From Gemmatimonadota bacterium (GTDB lineage: Bacteria; Gemmatimonadota; Gemmatimonadetes; JACCXV01; JAHWKZ01): a stretch of 51,907 bases of DNA. The notes beneath the pieces were generated by a model. The model saw only the letters and a list, made by a program, of their open reading frames with translations. It ran no database searches and was not told the DNA's origin. The DNA is taken from assembly GCA_035699465.1 (NCBI GenBank), contig DASSPT010000042.1, positions 1 through 51,907 on the forward strand, written 5' to 3'. This document shows, piece after piece, positions 46,594-51,907 of the stretch (position 1 is the first letter of the stretch; each line of letters begins with the position of its first letter). Position numbers and translations under genes: made by a program.

Positions 46594-49500
46594 TGCTGCG
46601 CCGGGTCATCGAGTGGTCGGTCGACAACCGGCTCATCGTCCTGGTCTTCGCCGCCGCCGTGGTCGCGGCGGGCATCGTGGCCATGCGGGGAACCCGGCTC
46701 GAGGCGCTGCCCGACCTGTCGGACGTCCAGGTGATCGTCCAGACCGACTATCCGGGACAGGCCCCGATGATCGTCGAGGACCAGGTCACGTATCCCATCG
46801 CCACCGAGATGCTGAAGGTCCCCGGCGCGCGGACGGTGCGGGGGTACTCGTTCTTCGGGGTCTCCTTCGTCTACATGATCTTCGACGACGGAGTCGACCT
46901 CTACTGGGCTCGGAGCCGGGTCCTCGAGTACCTCTCGGCGATCCGCAGCAAGCTGCCGGTCGGCGCCGAGACCGCGATCGGTCCCGACGCGACCGGTCTC
47001 GGCTGGGTGTACCAGTACGTCCTCATCGACACGACCGGCACGCGCGACCTGGCCGAGCTGCGCTCGATCCAGGACTGGTACCTGCGCTTCCAGCTCACCG
47101 CCGTGCCGGGGGTCAGCGAAGTCGCCAGCGTGGGCGGCTTCGAGCGGATGTACGAAGTCACCGTCGACCCGACCAAGCTCCGGGGCTATGGGATCGGCGT
47201 GACCAACGTGATGTCGGCGATCCGCGCCTCGAACGAGGACGTCGGGGCGATGATGATCGAGCTGTCCGAGCGCGAGTTCATGGTCCGGAGCCTCGGCTAC
47301 CTGAAGGGGATCGACGACGTCGAAGGAGTCGTCGTGGGATCGACCGAGACGGGTGTGCCGATCCGGGTGGCCGATGTGGCCACCGTCCAGCTCGCGCCGG
47401 ACGTGCGGCGCGGCGTGGCCGATCTCGACGGCCGCGGGGACGTCGTCGGCGGGATCGTCGTCATGCGATTCGGCGAGAACGCGCTGGCGACGATCGAGCG
47501 GGTGAAGGAGAAGCTGGCAGGGATCCAAGGCGGTCTGCCCGAGGGCGTGGTCGTGAAGCCCGTCTACGATCGATCCGATCTCATCCATCGGGCGATCGAT
47601 ACGCTCAAGGAGAAGCTGCTCGAAGAGTCGATCGTGGTCGCGCTCGTGTGCCTCGTCTTTCTCTTTCATGCCCGGAGCGCGCTGGTGGCGATCCTCACGC
47701 TGCCGCTCGGCATCCTGATGGCGTTCATCGCCATGCGCTTCCTCGGCGTCGGCGCGGACATCATGAGCCTGGGCGGGATCGCGATCGCGATCGGGGCCAT
47801 GATCGACGCGGCGATCGTGATGATCGAGAACATGCACAAGCACCTGGAGAAGACGATCGTCGAGAAGGGGCAACGCCTCGGCGAAGCGGTCGTGGACGCT
47901 CGCGGACGACTGTCGACCTCGATTCTCACACCCTCCGAGCGCTGGGACGTGGTCGTCCGCTCGTCGAAGGAGGTGGGGCCGGCGCTCTTCTTCTCGCTCT
48001 TGATCATCACGGTCTCCTTCCTCCCGGTCTTCACGCTCGAAGCGCAGGAGGGCCGGCTGTTCGAGCCGCTGGCGTGGACGAAGACCCTGTCGATGGCCGC
48101 GGCGAGCCTGCTCTCGGTGACTCTCGTTCCGGTGACGATGGGGCTCTTCATCCGCGGGCGGATCCGCGCGGAGCGGGCCAACCCGATCTCGCGCGCTCTC
48201 CAGGCGGTGTACGGCCCGGTCATCGACTTCGTGCTGGCGTATCGCTGGCCGGTCGTGGCGGGCGCGATCGCGGTCATGATCCTGACATGGATCCCGTACC
48301 GGCGGATCGGCTCGGAGTTCATGCCGCCGCTGAACGAGGGAACCCTGCTGTACATGCCCACGACGCTGCCGGGGATCAGCGTGGCGCGTGCCAGCGCCGC
48401 GCTCCAGCGCCAGGACTCGATCCTGGCGACGATTCCGGAGGTCGAGACGGTGTTCGGCAAGGCGGGGCGCGCCACGACCGCCACCGATCCCGCAGGCCTC
48501 GACATGTTCGAGACCACGATCACGTTGAAGCCGGAGGAGCAGTGGCGCGCCGGGATTACGGTGGAGGGCCTGATCGAGGAGATGGACGAGAAGGTGCGCT
48601 TCCCCGGATTCACGAACGCGTGGACGATGCCGATCCAGGGGAGGAACGACATGCTCGCCACCGGCATCCGGACACCGGTCGGCGTCAAGATCTTCGGCGA
48701 GGACCTGGCCGAGCTCGAACGTATCGGCGGGGAGGTCGAGGCCGCGGTGCGGATGGTTCCGGGCACGCGGTCGGTCTTCGCCGAGCGGACGGTCAGCGGC
48801 TACTACCTCGACATCGACATCGACCGCGCGGCCGCCGCACGATACGGCCTCAACGTCGAGGACGTTCAGACCGTGGTCCAGTCCGCGATCGGCGGCATGG
48901 CGATCACCCAGACGGTCGAAGGGCGCGAACGGTACGGCGTGCGGTTGCGCTATCCGCACGAGTTGCGCGACCAGCCGGAGAAGCTCGAGGAGGTGCTGAT
49001 CCCGGTACGCAGGGGACGCGCGACGGGCGGCATGGACGGCCCCGAAGGGGGCACCGGGAACGGCATGTCCGGGAGCGGGATCGCCGGAGACATGACGGTG
49101 AACGCTGCGGGGACCGCGCAGATCCCTCTCGGCCAGATCGCAACGATCCGCGCCGTCGGCGGCCCGATGGCGATCAAGACCGAGGACGCGTTTCCGACCG
49201 CGTGGGTGTACGTGGACGTGGCCGGCCGCGACATCGGAGGCTACGTGGCCGAAGCCAGGGAGGCGGTGCGACAGGCGGTCACTCTGCCGCCGGGCTACAC
49301 GCTCCAGTGGTCGGGCCAGTACGAGTACATGCAGCGCGCCAAGGAGAAGCTGAAGCTCGTGGTGCCCGCCACGCTCCTGGTGATCCTCCTGCTACTGTAC
49401 TTCAACTTCAAGAACGTCGGCGAGACGCTGATCGTCATGCTGTCGCTGCCGTTCGCCCTGGTCGGCGGCGTGGTGTTCATGGCGCTCCTCGGCTACAACT

Positions 49501-49943
49501 GGTCGGTGGCGGCGGCGATCGGGTTCATCGCCCTCGCCGGGGTCGCCGCGGAGACGGGTGTGGTGATGCTGGTCTATCTCGACCACGCCTGGGCCGCACG
49601 GCGGTCGAGGGGCGAGACGGGCGTACAGGATCTCTACGAGGGGATCACCGAGGGCGCCGTCGACCGCGTTCGGCCGAAGATGATGACGGTGACCGCGATC
49701 ATCGCTGGACTCCTGCCGATCCTCTGGGGGCAGGGGACGGGGGCGAGCGTGATGAAGCGGATCGCGGCGCCGATGGTGGGAGGGATGGTCTCCTCGACGA
49801 TCCTGACCCTCGTCGTCATCCCCGCCATCTACTCGCTGTGGCAGGAGGCCAGGCTACGGCGGGCAGCCGGGGCGAGCGCGGTGTCCGCGATCTCCGTGGC
49901 CGATGAAGGGAACGTACCGTCAGGAGAAGCCTTCACTGGGTAG
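46593..49943 (+). CDS. cusA: heavy-metal efflux RND pump, CusA/CzcA (HME) family
   Basis: The ATG overlaps the cusB stop (TGATG). The protein is 1116 aa with 12-TM RND topology. EFMPPLNEGTLLYMP and other Met-containing periplasmic-cleft motifs are typical of Cu/Ag-type HME pumps. Confidence 0.9.
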   Translation: MLRRVIEWSVDNRLIVLVFAAAVVAAGIVAMRGTRLEALPDLSDVQVIVQTDYPGQAPMIVEDQVTYPIATEMLKVPGARTVRGYSFFGVSFVYMIFDDGVDLYWARSRVLEYLSAIRSKLPVGAETAIGPDATGLGWVYQYVLIDTTGTRDLAELRSIQDWYLRFQLTAVPGVSEVASVGGFERMYEVTVDPTKLRGYGIGVTNVMSAIRASNEDVGAMMIELSEREFMVRSLGYLKGIDDVEGVVVGSTETGVPIRVADVATVQLAPDVRRGVADLDGRGDVVGGIVVMRFGENALATIERVKEKLAGIQGGLPEGVVVKPVYDRSDLIHRAIDTLKEKLLEESIVVALVCLVFLFHARSALVAILTLPLGILMAFIAMRFLGVGADIMSLGGIAIAIGAMIDAAIVMIENMHKHLEKTIVEKGQRLGEAVVDARGRLSTSILTPSERWDVVVRSSKEVGPALFFSLLIITVSFLPVFTLEAQEGRLFEPLAWTKTLSMAAASLLSVTLVPVTMGLFIRGRIRAERANPISRALQAVYGPVIDFVLAYRWPVVAGAIAVMILTWIPYRRIGSEFMPPLNEGTLLYMPTTLPGISVARASAALQRQDSILATIPEVETVFGKAGRATTATDPAGLDMFETTITLKPEEQWRAGITVEGLIEEMDEKVRFPGFTNAWTMPIQGRNDMLATGIRTPVGVKIFGEDLAELERIGGEVEAAVRMVPGTRSVFAERTVSGYYLDIDIDRAAAARYGLNVEDVQTVVQSAIGGMAITQTVEGRERYGVRLRYPHELRDQPEKLEEVLIPVRRGRATGGMDGPEGGTGNGMSGSGIAGDMTVNAAGTAQIPLGQIATIRAVGGPMAIKTEDAFPTAWVYVDVAGRDIGGYVAEAREAVRQAVTLPPGYTLQWSGQYEYMQRAKEKLKLVVPATLLVILLLLYFNFKNVGETLIVMLSLPFALVGGVVFMALLGYNWSVAAAIGFIALAGVAAETGVVMLVYLDHAWAARRSRGETGVQDLYEGITEGAVDRVRPKMMTVTAIIAGLLPILWGQGTGASVMKRIAAPMVGGMVSSTILTLVVIPAIYSLWQEARLRRAAGASAVSAISVADEGNVPSGEAFTG

Positions 49944-50889
49944 TTCGCGGTTCCTCGGCATCCGATCGATGGGCGGCCGGTTCCTGGGGCCGCACCCCCG
50001 CCTCGCGGAGCCGGCGCGCGAGCTCGATCCCCGCCGTTTCCCCTTCGGCCATCGCCTGGGTGACCTGCTTGCGGCCGCCATCGCAATCCCCGGCCGCGTA
50101 CACGAACGGCACGCTCGTGGCCTGCCGCTCGTCCGTGACGATGTAGCCGACCCGGTCGAGGCGACAGCCCAGCGCCTCGGCGACGTCGGTCCGGGGTAAC
50201 ACGCCGGTGGCGATGAAAACGTGCGGGAAGGGCGGCGGGTCGTCAGCGGAAGCGAAGCGCACGCCGTCCGCGCCGCAGCGGTACTCCTCGAGCGGGGCCG
50301 GGTAGACTCCCACGCCCCACCCCTCGAGCCGTTTCGCATCCGCGCCGCGGGGTTCGGACTCGCCGTCCAGGAGGAGGTGCAGGTCCGACGTGAAGTCGCG
50401 GAGCGCCTCGATCGTGTCGACCGCGCGCTCGCCGGAGCCGACGACGGCTACGCGCTGCCCGAGCACCTCGCGGCCGTCGCACACGACGCAGTAGTGGACG
50501 CCACGGCCGGTCTCCCCGTAGAGGTTGCCGCAGCGAAGCTGGCGGTCCTTTACGCCGGTCGCGAACACGATCCCGCTCGCTCGGAAGATCCCTTCGGTCG
50601 TGACGAGGGCGAATCGCGGTGGTTCCTCGGATTCGATCTCGACGGCGGTCACGGCGGCATTGACCATCGCCGCGCCCCACCGTTCCGCCTGCTCACGTCC
50701 GAGCCGCAGGAGTTCCTCACCGGAGATCCCGTTGGGGAATCCGAGGTAGTTGTGGTAGCAGGGGGCGTGTGCCGTGCGCGGCGTTCCCGCCTCGAGACAT
50801 ACCGCGCGCCGGTTCATGCGCCCCGTCGCGATCGCCGCGGCGAGGCCCGCCGGCCCGCCGCCCACGATGGCCGCGTCGTACGGGGTCAG
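49933..50889 (-). CDS. thioredoxin-reductase-like FAD/NAD(P)-dependent disulfide oxidoreductase (start uncertain)
   Basis: YDAAIVGGGPAGLAAA dinucleotide fold, redox-active CVVC (HYCVVCDG), a second GSGERAVD Rossmann motif, and C-terminal YAAGDC. No ATG/GTG/TTG lies near the conserved N-terminus. CTG 50889 overlaps the upstream stop (CTGA). The other options are GTG 50865 (truncates beta1) and GTG 51153 (about 270-nt overlap with the neighbouring gene). Confidence 0.7.
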   Translation of the reverse strand: MTPYDAAIVGGGPAGLAAAIATGRMNRRAVCLEAGTPRTAHAPCYHNYLGFPNGISGEELLRLGREQAERWGAAMVNAAVTAVEIESEEPPRFALVTTEGIFRASGIVFATGVKDRQLRCGNLYGETGRGVHYCVVCDGREVLGQRVAVVGSGERAVDTIEALRDFTSDLHLLLDGESEPRGADAKRLEGWGVGVYPAPLEEYRCGADGVRFASADDPPPFPHVFIATGVLPRTDVAEALGCRLDRVGYIVTDERQATSVPFVYAAGDCDGGRKQVTQAMAEGETAGIELARRLREAGVRPQEPAAHRSDAEEPRTTQ

Positions 50890-51278
50890 CGCCCGTCGTC
50901 GGGATCGGCCTCCCGCTTCATGCCCTCGTGGTGCTCCCCGGGGCCGTGCATGCCCATCATCATCGCGTGCATGGCGCGATGCTGGGAGAGCATCTCGTCG
51001 AGGAGCGCCTCCATCGCCTCGAGCTTGGCCTCCCCGGTGGCGGCGTGCATCTCGTTCTGGAGCTCCTGCAGCCGCGCGGCGCCCTGCTCGTGCATCTGCA
51101 TCATCGCCTCGTGCCGTCCCTGCATCGCTTCGTGGTCCTGCGGCATCGGGCACGTCTGACCCGCCGGACAGGTATGCTCGCTCCGTGGCTTGACTTCCTC
51201 ATCCTGGCCCGAGGCGAGCCGGGGCATGGCGAGGACTCCGAAGACGAGTATCGCCGGGATCCATGAGCTTCTGGGCAT
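50886..51278 (-). CDS. His/Met-rich periplasmic protein (130 aa), putative copper-binding
   Basis: AAGGA SD and ATG 51278. Signal peptide IPAILVFGVLAMPRLASGQ. The mature part is rich in H/M motifs (HEAMQGRHEAMMQMHEQ, HRAMHAMMMGMHGPGEHHEGM) and contains CPAGQTCP. Confidence 0.65.
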   Translation of the reverse strand: MPRSSWIPAILVFGVLAMPRLASGQDEEVKPRSEHTCPAGQTCPMPQDHEAMQGRHEAMMQMHEQGAARLQELQNEMHAATGEAKLEAMEALLDEMLSQHRAMHAMMMGMHGPGEHHEGMKREADPDDGR

Positions 51279-51360
51279 GGAATTCCTTTCGCTGAATGGT
51301 CGAATCGGCCCGAATGCGAAGATACGGGCGTCGAGGGGCTCCGCCATCGGTGGACCGAGG

Positions 51361-51377
51361 ATACCCCCGAGGGGTAT
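51361..51377. promoter_or_regulatory. CsoR-type operator ATACCCC-CGA-GGGGTAT overlapping the csoR-copA promoter
   Basis: A 7-3-7 perfect inverted repeat with C4/G4 tracts, as in described CsoR operators. Its 3' end merges into -10 TATATT (51375-80). TGGACC (51351-56) lies 18 nt upstream. Confidence 0.7.
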
Positions 51378-51386
51378 ATTACGAAG

Positions 51387-51716
51387 ATGAGGACCGAAAC
51401 GCCAGACGGGCATCCCGGTGCCCCGGGATACATCCGCGCGGAGGGCAGCGAGAAGCTGATCCACCGACTGCGCCGGATCGAGGGACAGGTGCGTGGAATC
51501 CAGAAGATGGTCGAAGAGGGTCGCTACTGCGTGGAGATCATGACGCAGATCGACGCGGCGGCGGCCGCGCTCGCACGCGTCCAGGACGGAATCCTGGAGT
51601 CCCATCTGCAGCACTGCGTGGCGGACGCGCTCGAGGGCCGGGACGTCGGCGTCCGGCGGGAGAAGGTCGACGAAGTGGTGACCCTCCTGAAGAAGTATCG
51701 GCGGTCCGCAAGGTGA
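51387..51716 (+). CDS. csoR: copper-sensing repressor, CsoR/RcnR family
   Basis: DUF156 fold motifs RLRRIEGQVRGIQKM and the Cu(I) ligand pattern C (YCVEI)...H-x3... HC (HLQHC). Confidence 0.85.
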   Translation: MRTETPDGHPGAPGYIRAEGSEKLIHRLRRIEGQVRGIQKMVEEGRYCVEIMTQIDAAAAALARVQDGILESHLQHCVADALEGRDVGVRREKVDEVVTLLKKYRRSAR

Positions 51717-51907
51717 ACCGCGCGGTCTCCTCCACGCGTACGGCCGCAGGCCGCGCGGTGCGCCTCCCGATCCAGGGGATGGACTGCGCGAGCTGCGCGG
51801 CGAAGATCGAGCGGGCGCTCTCCGCCGTGCCCGGCGTCGACCGGGCCACGGCCAACGTCGCGGCCGAGGAGGCGACCATCACGCTCTCGCCCGGAGCGGC
51901 TCCCGAC
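51713..51907 (+). CDS. copA: copper-translocating P1B-1 ATPase, N-terminal HMA domain (partial, runs off the window)
   Basis: The GTG start overlaps the csoR stop (GTGA). The GMDCASCA (GMxCxxC) heavy-metal-associated fold is present. The ORF is still open at the window end. Confidence 0.75.
   Translation, partial: MNRAVSSTRTAAGRAVRLPIQGMDCASCAAKIERALSAVPGVDRATANVAAEEATITLSPGAAPD

Noticed and set aside
49933-51153. The 406-aa version of the TrxR-like ORF starting at GTG 51153.
   Set aside because: The extra ~88 residues are Arg/Gly/Asp/Ala-rich. They overlap almost the entire coding region of the well-formed signal-peptide-bearing His/Met-rich gene in another frame. The flavoprotein fold begins at YDAAIVGGGPAG.

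Overview
Very GC-rich bacterial chromosomal segment (G+C judged by eye, not computed). It is densely packed with about 45 genes, and no rRNA, tRNA, CRISPR array, transposase or integrase was found. The TonB-dependent receptor, outer-membrane beta-barrels, many lipoproteins and a GWxTD-like protein indicate a diderm, possibly Gemmatimonadota-like (inference only). From left to right the window holds six blocks. (1) Housekeeping genes: lysA, an M23 peptidase, a frameshifted YVTN beta-propeller gene, a PBP4-type dacB, pfkA, a paired active/inactive M16 peptidase and an IMPase-family gene. (2) A Tat-exported cupredoxin operon divergent from an ArsR/SufR-like Cys-rich regulator. (3) A roughly 14 kb glycan-utilisation locus. 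A GH1 beta-glucosidase is divergent from a LacI-type repressor, with a perfect 14-bp palindromic operator between them. The repressor is followed by a TonB-dependent receptor, a GH144-like lipoprotein, an ABC sugar importer (binding protein, two permeases, ATPase) and a 1056-aa CBM/discoidin/(alpha/alpha)6 protein. (4) thiC behind a canonical TPP riboswitch, plus mug and small unknown genes. (5) A tightly coupled four-gene module: a membrane class III cyclase-homology protein, an NAD-dependent epimerase, a processive GT2 synthase and a TPR plus beta-barrel exporter. I consider this the best candidate for an undescribed system: a synthase-dependent exopolysaccharide machine with no c-di-GMP component. 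(6) A metal-resistance island: NicO/RcnA-like exporter, CopB-type CPH P1B ATPase with a tandem His-repeat N-terminus, a small Cys/His ORF, cusCBA, a TrxR-like flavoprotein, a His/Met-rich periplasmic protein, and csoR-copA. A CsoR-type operator overlaps an apparently leaderless promoter. Other points of interest are an unannotated 33-aa Lys-rich ORF with its own promoter, SD and terminator, and two conserved genes with no canonical start codon but a CTG embedded in a CTGA stop/start overlap. Most long alternative-frame or antisense ORFs in the supplied track are Arg/Pro/Gly/Ala-rich high-GC artefacts. All family assignments rest on motifs read by eye; no searches were run.
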